DNA from: Ptychomitrium polyphyllum
Lineage: Eukaryota
Reading direction: 5' to 3'
Length of the DNA: 64,000 nt
NCBI GenBank assembly: GCA_973851085.1
Contig: OZ316775.1
Location: 14,880,001 to 14,944,000, forward strand
The notes beneath the pieces are model-generated. The model made no database searches and had not been told where the DNA came from. It was given only the letters and a program-made list of their open reading frames with translations. The translations under genes and the position numbers were made by a program. The first letter of the stretch is position 1. Each line of letters begins with the position of its first letter. Positions 13,401 to 26,836 of this stretch are shown one piece after another.

Positions 13401-16400
13401 GTTTATTATCGCTTATCTTTACTGGATTGTCATTTCAACTTCCTACCTTTATGTGTTATGAACTAAATTAGCGAGCTCCAAATTGTAGGATTTGAATCTA
13501 GCGCAGTAACCTGATCCATTGGTCACGTTGGCTCATAGGATAACGAGTATGTTTTGTGAAAGACATCGATGTCCTACAGAGGTGCTAAGGCCATCCGAGG
13601 ATTGTACCCTGAATACCACTTCACCGTTCACCCTGCAGGTTTGTGTTTGGTTGTCTTTTCGTTCCAGACCTCTCATATGTTAACTGTGCTACACCAGGCA
13701 TACACCTAAGTTGCTTACAGCAATTCACCAGTCTTTGCTGGCCTCAGTAGTCGGTAGACCTTTCGTAATATATCAGAAGGCTCTATCTGTTTCTAATAGA
13801 AATATGGCCTCAATGTGCAGTGTGACTTTGTTGCCTCTTAGGTGGAGCAGTTTACTACTGTCTTCTAGCAGATCATGCTTGGTTTCTGATGAGAAATATG
13901 GTTCCTCTGAACAGATTTGTCGAGTTGAAGATGTAGATATTTATGGAGAGGTCTCAGGCAGTGTCGTGCACATTCAACGGGCTCGGAATGTCACCATCAG
14001 CCGTGAGGGCGTCCTTTCTGCGTCTGGCTTAGGTGCACCTTTTATCACTTACACATCATTTATTCCACATACTTTGTGTGGGAGCCTTTTCTGCTGCCCA
14101 AGCTCGTCCCTTGTAAGGAATCATATGTGTGGACATGGAAGACCAACGTAGCCAATAGAGCTCTATAAAAGTTAATCATCACGTGGCGAAAATTTAATCT
14201 ACTCATCGGTTTGCAGGATGTCTTGAGGGATTGGGGGTAGGCAATGTCACCTCAGGGGGTGCAGGTGGTGGGGGAGGACACGGGGGCATAGGCGGTTCTG
14301 GAGTCTTGAAGAATGTGACATCAGAGGGAGGTGCTTCATATGGCAAGAATAATTTGCCTTGTGAGCTCGGTAGTGGTGGTGGCAATCCTGGCAGTGGCAA
14401 CTCGACTGCCGGCGGTGGACTTATTGGTGAGCTTTATTCTCCGTTTAAAAAAATATAAACAGTGTCTAATTTGTTTTTAGCCCAGGCCATTTATGTTTAG
14501 CAAGTACGTCAATTACTGAGGATGTTCAAGTAAGCTTCAAGTTTCCACGCCTATCGTAGTTCTTCTCTTTGACTCTCTTATTATATTTAATGGTTTTCAT
14601 TTCGTGATATGCAATATCTAGTTATTAAGGAAACTTGCAGAGTCTAACAGTGGCTATGGGGTTGACGCTGGCTTCAGTTTTAGGCTCAATAGATCATCCT
14701 GTTACAGTTCTGGATGTGTATGGAGTCTTGGCTGCTGATGGAGAAAGTTCTGGACGGGTTGATCTCGACAATCAGATGGGAGGCCAAATGGGAGGACCAG
14801 GAGGGGCCTCAGGAGGAAGTCTCTTGCTTTTCCTACAGACAATGATTTTAGGAAAAGAATCAGTCTTGTCTACTGCTGGTGGGCTAGGTGGTGCAGTTGG
14901 TGGGGGTGGTGGAGCTGGTGGACGAGTGCACTTTCACTGGTCTGATATACCCACCGGAGAGGACTTTGTGCCTATTGCAACCGTTGAAGGTCACATCGAC
15001 ATAAGGTTATTCTTCAATCAACTTTTTGTATTCTGAAACTTTTCCTTCTATTTGGAAAAGAAAGGTCATCCTATGAAGCCAGAGAAGTCATTTTACAGAA
15101 AGTGTGACCACTGGCTTACGATTGAGGTTTTTTGTAATGTAGTGGAGGAGCAGGTAGCGACGATGGACTTAGAGGCGATAATGGCAATGTTAGCGGGAAG
15201 CAGTGTCCACGTGGCCTCTATGGCATTTATTGTGTGGTGAGACATGGCATACCTGTTTTTTTTATTGAGCTTAGCACATAAATTTGCACATAAATTATTT
15301 TTTTATTGAGCTTAGCACATAAATTTGCACATAAATTATTTTTTTATTGAGCTTAGCACATAAATTTGCAGATGTCTATTTATGTCTTTGTAACTTAACA
15401 CTTTCAACCCTTTTTTGTGGTCATTTCCACCAATTGAACATACAACAAACAAACAAGTTTCTTTTGATGCTGTCATAGTATGTACAAAACATTTCAACCT
15501 CTAACGTCTGACTTTTGGATCAGGAGTGTCCTGTTGGAACATATAAAAATGAGACAGGCTCTTCAAGGGAGCTCTGCAGAGAGTGTCCACCTTTGCCTAG
15601 TCGTGCCATACACACGTATGTTCGTGGTAAGTTTGAGTTGTTTGCGTACCTTGTCGTAATGATTATTTATATTTTCTCCAAGGTGTGGTAAGATTTATGA
15701 TGTAGTGATCACTAGTGTATCGTAGCTTTGAAGGGATTTTATTTTTAAATTTTTAAATTTTTTATTTACTTATTGTTTGAATATCTTGTCATGCTTGGGA
15801 TGTTATGTTGCTAACAATTTGTGTTTCTGTAGGCGGCGTTTCCAAACCAACCTGTCCTTATCAATGTATCTCTGAGAAGTATCGGATGCCTCATTGCTAC
15901 ACTATGCTGGAGGACTTAATTTACACGCTCGGGGGCCCTTATTTGTTTGTCCTATTCCTGTCATGTGTGATGGTGATTTTGGCTCTCATGTTGAGCGTGG
16001 CCCGTATGAAACTAGTTGGCAATGATGACTTTTCTCGACCAACTATAACGCCTCGTATAGGACTTCATGTTGAACAATCTTTTCCATTCTTGGAGTCTTT
16101 GAATGAGGTATGGAGGCATTTCCAGACCATCTACTCACCGAAAGGACACGTCTTAGTATCTTTGCAGAAAAACTCTTAATCATAATGTGTTGTAACGATT
16201 TAGTGAAAGACATTTTATGGTTATCTCAAGGTCATTAGATGGAATACTGTGGCCCGTGAGAGGCTTGTTTTGATGTTGCTGCTTCATTTGTGGTCTTCTT
16301 TAAAAAAAGTTCTACACATTTTTGCCTTACTACTATGATTGGAACTCGAAGGTAGTGCTGCATAACCTATACGCAAGGCTAAATTCTTAAGCTTGCTTTG

Positions 16401-18906
16401 CAGGTGCTCGAAACCACTCGTGTTGAGGAGTCGCAGTGTCATATACATAGAATGTACTTTATGGGCTCTAACTCATTCAATGAGCCGTGGCATCTACCGC
16501 ACTCACCTCCTGATCAGGTCGTCGACTTTGTGTAAGTCAAATGCTTCTTACAGGTGTTATGAATATCTTCATAATTGACATTAAGTTTGACAGGACGTAT
16601 AAGCTCTAATTCGCTTTTCGCATTCTCACTTTCACATTTTCATATCCGATAGATGTGGACCTTTGCAGATACGAGGATGCCTTCAACAGGTTTGTGGAAG
16701 AGGTGAATGGCTTGGCGGCATACCAATGGTGGGAAGGCTCAGTGCACAGCATTCTAACCGTGCTAGCCTATCCATTTGCTTGGTCGTGGCAGCAATGGCG
16801 TAGGCGGGAAAAGCTACAGCGCTTGCAGGAATTTGTGCACTCTGAGTATGATCATGCTTGTTTACGTTCTTGCCGTTCTCGAGCTCTGTACGAGGGTCTA
16901 AAGGTGGCCGCGGGACCAGACTTGATACTGGCTTACATAGATGTCTTCCTTGGAGGGGATGAAAAGCGGCCAGAATTGCCACCCAAATTAATTGAAAGGC
17001 TGCCAATGTCTATTATCTTTGGAGGCAACGGAACCTACTTATCTCCTTACAATCTTCACAGCGATAACCTCCTCACCAGTCTTCTCTCTCAGGTGACTTG
17101 TTCATTAGCCAATTCGAAACGATTGCTGTTAAGTATTGATAGACGTTTGTTAAGGATGCGACTGTTGGACGTAAACGCGATTTGATTCTTTCTCTGGTGC
17201 ACGTATGTTCCATTAGAGTATCGCATGTTTTGAGCATAGAATGTTGAAAATTCATTGAGAGCGCAATTTGAAATTTTAACTCCCACCATTTTGCTAATTA
17301 ACAGGCAGTTCCAGCGACAATGTGGTATAGACTTGTAGCAGGATTGAATGCGCAGCTACGAACCGTCAGAAAGGGCTCTCTTTGCATGACTCTTATGCCA
17401 GTTATTAGTTGGCTAGAAACTCATGCAAACCCCTGGCTTTTTGAACAAGGAGTCCGTATAGACTTGGCTTGGTGTCAAGCCACAGCATCAGGCTACTATC
17501 AACTAGGCTTACTTCTGAATCATGCTGATAATATTCCGCAATACTTTCAGCCAGCCTCTATGCTCACGATGCCTCGGTCTCCAGGAAGGTAATACTATTT
17601 TTCATACTGGATTAGGCTCCTACTAGAGGTATCTTAACTTTGCAATTTTAGATCTGAATAGGCTGTCAATTGACCGACTTTCTGGAATATATTGATGCAG
17701 TGGAAGAATAGGGAGTTTTGGACACCTTGAGGAGGGCACGTTCAGAAGACCACAAAGTTGGCATCTAAGTCCAAGCTACTCCTCTTTAGGTTCTAGGCGA
17801 CGAATTGGAGGTGCAACGTTGGACGCAGTGTCTGTGAAGTCACTGGAGGACAAGCATTATCCAATATTCCCCTTGTCTTTTCTTCTCAGAAATACTCGCC
17901 CTGTTGGTCAGCAGGTATATACATATCTTTTCTAAATTTATCCATTCTATCATTCCTGAAATTGTGGCCATTTTATGAATTTTGTCCATGCTATGACTTT
18001 GTCCTAATTGTTGAATGTGATTGGTGTGTTTGCAGGCATCTGTTGGCTTGGCCATATCTTTGTTGATTCTGGTCGATCTGAGTTTGACTCTTCTTATGCT
18101 GCTGCAATTCTACTCTGTAGGCATAGAGGCTGTTCTCCTAATTGTATTGTTCCTGCCATTAGCATCGGTTTTACCCAGTGCTGCTGGATTGAACGCCTTA
18201 TTCAGTCATGGTTCGCGAAGGTCTGCAGGGCTGGCACGTGTATATGCCCTTTGGAATGTCTCGTCCCTTGTAAATGTGGTACGTATTTCGTGGTCAAGTT
18301 TATGAATGCACTATTTTAAGTTGTTGAGGTGCTTGCAAGGGTTCACGTTGAATGGCTGGATATTACAGCACAGTACGTATTTCACCTCTTTGGCCACAAG
18401 TACAATGATGTCCAGGAAGTATTTAATTGTTCCGATTATATTAAAAATTCGGTTTTTAAGAATCTGATGTTGTTTGCAGCTGGTGGCATTGGTGATCGGA
18501 TTTCTACATTATAATATGGAGTTTGGTCTTCACACAACCAGTGTGCAATATAAACACTTGAGTTCGTACGTAGCGCAAACTTTACAATGACTTAATTTTA
18601 TTTTTTTGACCTCTGCTCCTAGTTTATGTCCGTGTAGTGTTCAAGATCTTGGTTAATCCATCTTAAATCCCGTGATCAGGAGTCGACATACCTCGGTATT
18701 TATCTGACTAATATAAGCCTCTATTTTTACTAATTGTAAAATGTATGCATTTGCGCAGGGAGGAAAATACCTGGTGGGTTTTGCCAGCTCTTCTTGGGGT
18801 AATAAAGTGTGTCCAAGCGCGGATAATCGATCTTCACGTTGCCAACCTTGAGATCCAAGACCACTCACTTTATGCGAGTGATCCCTCAAAATTCTGGGAG
18901 CCTTGA
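10472..18906 (+). CDS. Large glycine-rich, multi-TM protein of the conserved plant At4g32920/At5g11700 family; 21 exons
   Basis: GT-AG exons that keep frame: 10472-11358, 11697-11812, 11991-12199, 12537-12656, 12755-12886, 13038-13163, 13319-13377, 13539-13638, 13915-14032, 14217-14426, 14678-15005, 15143-15236, 15524-15626, 15833-16107, 16404-16531, 16669-17092, 17305-17588, 17701-17914, 18036-18278, 18480-18565, 18759-18906. Signal-peptide-like N-terminus. Family motifs include GAGGGHGGRGASC, LPCELGSGGG, GGGGAGGRVHFHWS, CPYQCISEKYRMPHCYT, SFPFLESLNEV, SEYDHACLRSCRSRALYEGLKV and C-terminal HVANLEIQDHSLYASDPSKFWEP*. Confidence 0.93.
15257..15370. repeat. Intronic 41-bp tandem repeat, about 2.7 near-identical copies
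   Basis: ATTGAGCTTAGCACATAAATTTGCA starts at 15264, 15305 and 15346 in intron 12. Confidence 0.9.
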
Positions 18907-21900
18907 GAGCTCCCTTGAAAGTACAAAATAGTATGAAACGACAATGAGTAAGCACTCAGGCTTTCTCTAGACGGCAAGGTCTGCCAAGATGACCTGCTAT
19001 TGTCACCAGCATGAAAGTTGGTCAGTCAAAATGGTCGCCGAGTCCTTCTGGATTTTTTTGTAGCTCGAAGCTGCAACCGAAGTTGCTGTTCATGAGATAG
19101 AATATACACAGGCGAGGTTTTCACGTCGTCAAGAGTTGAGATGTATAAGAGGTTCATAGACATTAACAAACAGCTAGCCATTGATTTTGCCCTTAGGTCT
19201 TCCACAATTAAGCAAGAACCCGCGGGCTTACAAATTTGTTCAGTACCTTCCTGGATTTCATGTTGGAATTGTACATTCTGTCAAATTCAAGCAAATAATT
19301 TGAAGTATTGGGATATTGGTATGATGATTTGATATTATGAGTGCAGCTGCTCATGCAAATTCATTGTAGATCCAGCGTAGCAATATTTCATTTGTTAGAG
19401 GAGGCTGGAATGTGAGGGTGAGTACTGGTACTTCAAGGATGTGCATGAATTTCATAGTGTAAATGTCCTTCTATAGGTTGGTGCTAGGGCTCCCTTTCTC
19501 TTCCTATTTGTAAGCCAATCACATTACCTCACCATTGAAATATTCACGCAGACTAGAGTCTCAATGTTTCACCTTTGTGTCGGTATGGGAAAAATCAATT
19601 CTAATGTAGAATGAATGCATGTATTTGGCAAGACTGGGAAGAAAATATATTTGTAATCATGGCAATCAAGAAGTGATGTTATGATATGAATATTCTAATT
19701 TCTACATATTGCAAATTTTCTCGTGAATTTCATGAATGTAATCTATGGTTGATCAAAATCTATAAAAGTATGCTATATGTTGGAATACAAAATAAAGTTC
19801 TTTCTTTTGTATCCTTTGTATATAGTAGTTACATCTTGAAAATTTTGTTAAGTACATTTAAAAGCAATTGTGAGTATAGGCTTAGTTGAAATGAAAAGGA
19901 GCATATTATTCTTTAATTGGAGCTAATTATCCATAAGACAAAGTGTTTTGTAAGGAGATTTCAAACAAAGCTTTGAAAGTTTGTCTTGTTTTTAAATTAA
20001 GTTACAACTTGATGATTTTATCTGGTTCCTATATAATTATGTTTAATATAACTAAATGGCATGTGCGAAGGGTCCTTTGGAAATTACAACTAATCATTCC
20101 AAGCTTGCTTACAAGTCCTTGAACTAAATTGTATTTATAGCTAACAGATAAAACTTCATAATAGATAAAAAGCATTGTAAAAACAAAAATAACTTTAAAG
20201 TATTAATTTAGAATTTTTCCAATGTTTGATTGCAAGCAATTGGATGTAACTATGATGTGAGCAATGAACAATGAATAGTGAGCAGTGAGCCATGAGACGT
20301 AAGCACTAAGCATTGAGATATGAGCAGTGAGTATTAAGATGCAAGCTTTTTATAATGAACATTCTTAATGTCTACCATGTTGTTTCCTTTTTGAATTAGT
20401 CTATTGTATTTTTCACTTATTCTCTATTATGTGCTCTTTACATGGTTTGTACTTTATAGCAAGACATTGCCTAGGCTTTTGATGAGGCTCCTTTAGAGTA
20501 CCAAGAGAAGACGCTGAAGAAGAGAAGTTTGCAAAAGGTATATGGCAAGCTTTGACAATTGCTACCTAGAAGGCTATTAAGTCCATCAAGGTAAAAGACT
20601 TCTTTAAGTACTTTGCAATGGGCAACCCGAAGAATGGTGAAGACTTCTTCTTTAAGGTATACTCTATTTCCTTTCTTGTTGGTGTTGTATTCTTGATGTT
20701 TTTTTTGCTTTTCTCTTACTTTTTTTTGATATTGCAGATTAATCACCAATTTAGCTATTTTAAAAAACCAAAGATAACCATTGAAAAACTTTAGAAGGTG
20801 GCTACTTCTGCAATGAAGGCTAAGTACAAAACTAAGTGGCTACATTAGTGGAGCTCTAGTTCTATGATTTGAGCAACATCACATTTTCCAATTGGAGATA
20901 TCAAAGAAAGTGTTTTAGATGCCTAGTTGATCAAAACTTCTTTTTAGGCCTAGAAAATTCTACTTTGTAATGTTTTTTGATTACTTCTTTTTAATTTACT
21001 CATTTCTCAAATTTAAATTGTGATGTTTTTTCTTTTTCACTTAAAGACCATGTTTTCAACCACTTTGAAGAGGTCAGCAACTGAACTCTAAGGAATTTTG
21101 TAGCCAAGTGACTATATAGAAAGGTAGCGTATTCAGTTCTAGGAAAAGGCCTTTCACTCCTTGCATAATAGTATTAAGTTGGCGTTTTTGAAGAGCTCCA
21201 CCTCAACAATTTCCTTGGTGCTAATTTGATTGGCAAGAAAGCAATTTACAAGTTAGTTTCTTCAAATACATTTCTACTTCTTTGACACCTTTAGTGTAGG
21301 CTTTCTTACTCTTTTTGTTCAATATATGTTGCTTTTCTTTTGTAGATATTTCATGCGCAAGCTTGTGAAGAAGGGTGCACTTATCCACCACAACCTTCCG
21401 CCATTCTTTTTTGCTTGGATTCAAGCCTCCTCCAATATGTGCATTTTAGTGTTAGTCAATTGAGGAAGTTCCTATATTTGCATTTGGAGGCTATAGGATG
21501 GTATTTAGAGTGCCCCTGAATTTTACGGTTGATGAAGAGGTTAGTATTTGGTCTTTGTTGCATAATAATGCTTCTATTACTTCCATTGATGAGAGTGATG
21601 ATCTTCTACTTGAAACGCTTTTCTGTATGTTCTTTGAAGGTAGCCTTTTTGTTCACAAAAACAAACAAGTTTCTAAAGCAGCATATAAGAAGTTAGCCCT
21701 GGAAGCTTAAGAAAAGATTGTACTGAACTTGGAGCCATCATCCACCTTTAGTGACCCAATTGCAAACCCCTTTTCTTCCACTGTCTTGTTGACCATTGTG
21801 GAAATTTTGGAGAAGAAAATATAACATCAAGTTCTTGGTTCTTCAACTTTGTTAGATTTGGTCCTTCCATCACATTCCTTCATTCAAAATTCTTCACTAT

Positions 21901-22069
21901 TTGTCATCATAGAGACTTTAGAACAAGCCTTTAGCCTCGACCTTCTTTAAACTCAAATTTAAGAATTCATCACTAAGCTATTGTTTGTCATTTTCTTTCC
22001 ATTCTTATTTAAATTTTAGTTCTCTATTGGCTTGAATTTCTTAATTTTCTTACTATTTTAATCTTTTAG

Positions 22070-23290
22070 ACTAAGGAAAGCCAACGCCATTGTGTTTCAT
22101 CTAAGCAGTATAGAAATTCTGGCATTGATTTCTTCAATGCGGACATTCCAGAAAACTTGCCAATTCTTGGAATCTTGCAGCCTCTATTTGCAATTTCTCT
22201 CAAGAAGTTGTGACCTACAAGATATGTGGAATTTAAATTTGAGTTTGATGATGCTAACCTTTATGATAATGTTGCACTGCTTTTCTTCTATGTCGATTGT
22301 TACAGATAGAGTAACCACAAGACAAGGCTTCAGGATTCCAGGAGGAGGAACAAAATAAGTCCAAGTTTATTAGAGGTATAAAGCTACAATACAGTACAAA
22401 AGACAAGGCCAAAAGGTCTGAACTAGACCACAAAAGATTCATTGTCAAGACTGAAGATCCCTTCAGCCTTGATTCTTATATATATCATAACTATAAGCCT
22501 TGGAAGCTTCTCCTACATTGCTTTGTACTCAAGCAACCTTGAGTTGTTTCCTTAGAAGCTTCCTAAGTCGTAGAAACTTCCTTGGAAGCTTCTTAAGCCT
22601 TCTAAGAACCTTTCTAGATGCTTCTAATATGTATGTCCATGACATTGATGACCATTTGCTCTTCTATGAGGTAGAAAAAGCAACCAAGCAATACACTTTT
22701 TTTGTCAATTTTGAAATTGGTGGAGAATTAATGAGTTGTCTTTGGTATTTACAAAGAACCCTTTGGCAAAGGTATATCATTGACTTATCTCTACTTTACA
22801 TTTTCCTCCTTGGTTTCATCAATGTGATTTTTCAACTTCATTTCTTTTTCTTTATTGGCAATCTTTCTACTTCTGGGTTCAACTCTTTATTTGTAATGTG
22901 CCAATTTAATTGCGGTTCTTGTTGGAAGACTGGCTTAATCCCATTGATGAAGTTCAAAGTTCAAATAAAAATGACACCTTATTCAACATGACCATTTTAT
23001 CTAGCCAATTCATGCATGATACTATGCCATAGCAAGGTGCTCGAAAGAAAGATCCAATGTTCATTCAAATGCTCATTGAATGCTGCTCCAAACTTGGTGA
23101 CATAGTCCTTGATTGGAAGGCTTTTGCAAGTGCATTTCTTGACATTTTTTAAATTTTATTCCTTTCATATGTCTCCATCTTATTCTCAAGTCTAAAGTTC
23201 CTTATTTTCTTTCTTATTGTATATCAATAGGAGCTTATATCTGCGCTTGATTCTATTATCTTTGAAGCCGTCATCAAGCCTTTGGATGCT
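22070..23290 (+). pseudogene. Decayed, intron-containing N4/N6 DNA methyltransferase-like gene (beta-class motif order) inside the TIR element
   Basis: IDFFNADIPENLPI (~22124-22165, motif IV-like), then YDNVALLFFY, then P*QGARKKDPMFIQMLIECCSKLGDIVLDWKAFA (23027-23129, motif X/I-like). After a GT-AG intron (~23130-23230) it continues GAYICA*...DSIIFEAVIKPL. Stops and frameshifts are present. Confidence 0.6.
22298..22644 (-). mobile_element. Solo LTR (347 bp) inserted in the methyltransferase-like relic
   Basis: Ends TGTTA...TGACA. Flanked by TCGAT (22293-22297) and TTGAT (22645-22649), a 5-bp TSD with one C>T change. TATATATAAG and AATAAA lie on the minus strand. Removing the insert restores the frame FFYVD|DHLLFYEVEK. 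Confidence 0.7.
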
Positions 23291-26200
23291 TCAAAACCTC
23301 CACCTACTTTTAGAAAGACAAAAAAGAGCTTGATTAGTCCTTCAATAGATCAGTGCCCCACAAAAAAGTCAAAATGCAATAGGATTGTTTCTGCATAAGT
23401 CTGTCTATTCATTTTCATTTATTTTGCCTTTGTACATTTTATGGCTATTTTATTTTTAATCATTATTAATTTTCTATATCTTACATAAATTTTTGCTTCC
23501 ATTACCTCTTCCTTTGTTCCTTAGGATGAGGATTTGTATCTTCTATCTACATTTACACTTCCTTGCTATGATGAAGAAATGGCATAAACCTTTCAAGCAA
23601 TTTCTCCTCCAAATGTTTTTTGTGGCCCTTGTTTGTATGGTATTCATGCCAAATAATTTTTGGATGTAAAAGCTATGAAAGGTTGTGATACTAAAGAAAG
23701 CAGTAGTTCTATTGAAGCTTTGTTAACTTCATGGATGTAATTACACTTAAACTTTTGGTTTTGCAGTTTTTTTTGGATTTCTAGCTTACTTACCATGTTT
23801 TGTTCTACCTACATTAATACAACATGTTTTTCATTCATTTATTTTCTATTCTTGTTTTCTTTGTCTAATCTTATATGCACTCTTGCTTCTACTTGTAGAT
23901 ATTTATGTTTATTTTGGCAATCTCTTCATTGCCAAAGACTAGGTTTTTTTGGAAATACTATGGTTTCTAAAACAAATAAAGGATTGATCCTAGTTTGTAT
24001 AAAAGTGAAGCTCCAAACAAGTTGAGGGTGCTTAATATACAAATTTTGAAGTACAAATCTGGTCAAAATGAATTAAATTTTTTATTAATGTCACAAAAGG
24101 AGGTCTAATGGTTGTTCTTTTCCTCCTAACAACCAAGGTTCTAAATTACATGGAGGTATGTAATAAGGCTACCACCACTTTTGGATTTCTTACTTTGTTA
24201 TGTTAATTATCAACATTAAGTTTAACAAGGCCAATGGATAATTCCTTTACATGGTTTAGACATTTTGTTCAATTTCAATTGGATTCTAACAACGTATGTT
24301 AAGCCGGACCATTTTCATTGCACATTGTACTATAAGAATGTATAAATGCTTGACAACTATAATTTGCATTTTCACTATTGCTATGTCACTTTTGTTTTGC
24401 TAAAAAACAAATGTAGACCACAATACAGTAAACAATCCTAATATTTTGGAGATAAGCATGCATGAAGAAATGGAGAACCTTCATATGAATTTTGACCTCA
24501 ATAAATTAGGTTTTATCAAATGTTTGAATTCTGATCAATATTATACAAGTCATTCTTTAAGCAATAAGTTTCAAATCCTACTTCAGCATGTAAAGTCTTG
24601 GAATTCAATATGAAGTTGCCAGATTTTTAAGACAATTTGTTTAAGTTAAATCATTCATTGTATCAAGCATGACTACACAAATAAGTTTCAAGCCCTTCAA
24701 ATTCAAAATGAGCACGGTAAAGTTCTCCACTAATACATTTATCCATGTAGACTAAATATGAATGTTGCAATTAGTTGCAATCCATCCATATGAAACAAAA
24801 GAATTTCCATAAGGTTTCATGATTCTCCTAGTTTTTATAAGCATGGCCTAGACTTTACATTCAATTGAGCTAAGAAGATCTTTGAGAAATACAAAAGTTG
24901 AAATATTTGCATTTAGGCATTATAGATTTTTATTTTTTTTCTTTGTTCAAATTTCTCTATCTTTTCTTGGTTTTTTATATTTGAATGTATATAAGCTTTG
25001 TATCTTGACAATTCATAGCAACACGCTTGCTCTTCTTACTTCAAATCTCAACTATAGAATCAACTTTGATAGTATTTAATACAAATATATGTTTGTAATT
25101 GGAATTAGTACAAGCAATGTCAAAACAATCAAAGCATCACATGATGCTCATACTTTTATTGACATTGATTCTACAATTAGAACCTATAAAAATCTAAATT
25201 ATACAAAAATTGCTTGCAACAGAAGTGTTTGGCTCTACAATAATGTTCACCTTCCCACATGGTAATTCCATTGGAGGCAAGGCCTACTCAACAACAAGAT
25301 TTTTATTCTTCAACATTTTATGCATATTGCAAATTCTAGAGGAATTTGGCTCATGATGCCTAGTAAGCAAAGAATCTAAGTATTGAGAAGAATGAGAGCT
25401 ATAAATCTAGTATAAGCAGAATAAGTTCAAAAAGAAATATATATTATACTTTAAGATTCTACAATACCTTATAGTGGAACCCATTAGCACAAAGTTGAAT
25501 AAAAGCAAGAAATTGTAATGTTATGTGTTAAGTATCAGCAAACATGACATGTTGTTTTTAATAGTATTTCTTCTATTCCTACAAACGTTCATTGCTAAGT
25601 CAAATCTTGCACTGACGCCGTCAAACAATATAAATTAATTGTGGTTATAGGGTCTTATTTTGATGATTACAAGTATCTTCCATGGAAATGGAATGCTTAA
25701 TTATTTCATTTGCATGTTCCTATTTCACATGTCATTCAAATTTGTTTTTATTTTTACAATTATTTTGGTTCTTAATTCTATAGTCATGGACACTAATTTT
25801 CTTAAATTTTGGGTTTATTGTTTATTTTTTAGTACTTAGTGCTCACATCTCATGGCTCACCATTCACCGCTCACGTGATAGCACGTCTCCAAGCAATTGC
25901 ATGTCTATGTCCTTAATATTAGCATGTTTATTTTTTCTTCTTGGAAATTTTTGAATATATACATGTATTACAAAACATGCCATATTTGCTTTCTAATGGT
26001 TGCAGTAGAGTTTATGATTGCATAGGTTTAGCTCATCAATTAAGGATTTTAATAATGAAGTGCCACAAAAACTTGAACTAATTCCTAACTTTTAAGTATT
26101 TTTTATACTACTAAATTCATGAAATATATCCTACTCTAATGGAAGCATGGCTTGAAATTTTGAACATCTGTCAATTTTTTTATTCAAGATTTTTTTTATA

Positions 26201-26836
26201 CAAAAGTTTTCATACCATATATCATTTGACATGCTTCTTTTAATTAGTTATAGAGCTTAGTGGTCTTCCTATTATAGTGGGGCATAAAAGAGCCGAAGGC
26301 TAAAGATACACAACTAATCTTCATATGCACAAAGAAACAGCAAAGTGACCATGTGTATAGAGGAGTATACATGCCTAGAAGCATAAATATATCAGTGTTT
26401 GCACATGCATAGTAATTAGGACGTAGGCTGCCGAATTATAACAACTAGTTAAACTATATTATATGTAGCTGCCTGGCCACCAAAATCCACAGTCTTCAGT
26501 TTTGCCAATCCACACATTCTGCTACCAACTTTGGGTAACTTGAAAGTCAATTCTCCACCTTCACTAGCTTAGCTGAATATTTAGACTTCTGAAATACGTA
26601 TCAACAGCTAAACAATAAAGTAAACTCGCCCAAAATGAATCGCTTCACAACAAAAAAAAAAAAAGAAAAGAAAAGGTCTGGCTTAATAGGCAATATGAAA
26701 TATCCGGTTGGCCACTTCGGAGTCTTAGTCTTGCTAGTGAAGGCCTTTACTGCAGTCATCACCATGTTCTACCATAATATATCGAGGGTGCTCTCTTTCT
26801 GCCCCTTCAACTGTCTCCAGTAGTGAACTGATCCAG

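Larger units (their letters stand above)
20240..25892. mobile_element. Decayed TIR-bounded DNA transposon-like element (~5.65 kb)
   Basis: 20285-20312 (GTGAGCCATGAGACGTAAGCACTAAGCA) matches the reverse complement of 25833-25860 at 25/28 nt. Similarity extends outward to TTGGA...TCCAA, flanked by GCAA on both sides (tentative 4-bp TSD). The interior is AT-rich with decayed exons. Confidence 0.65.
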
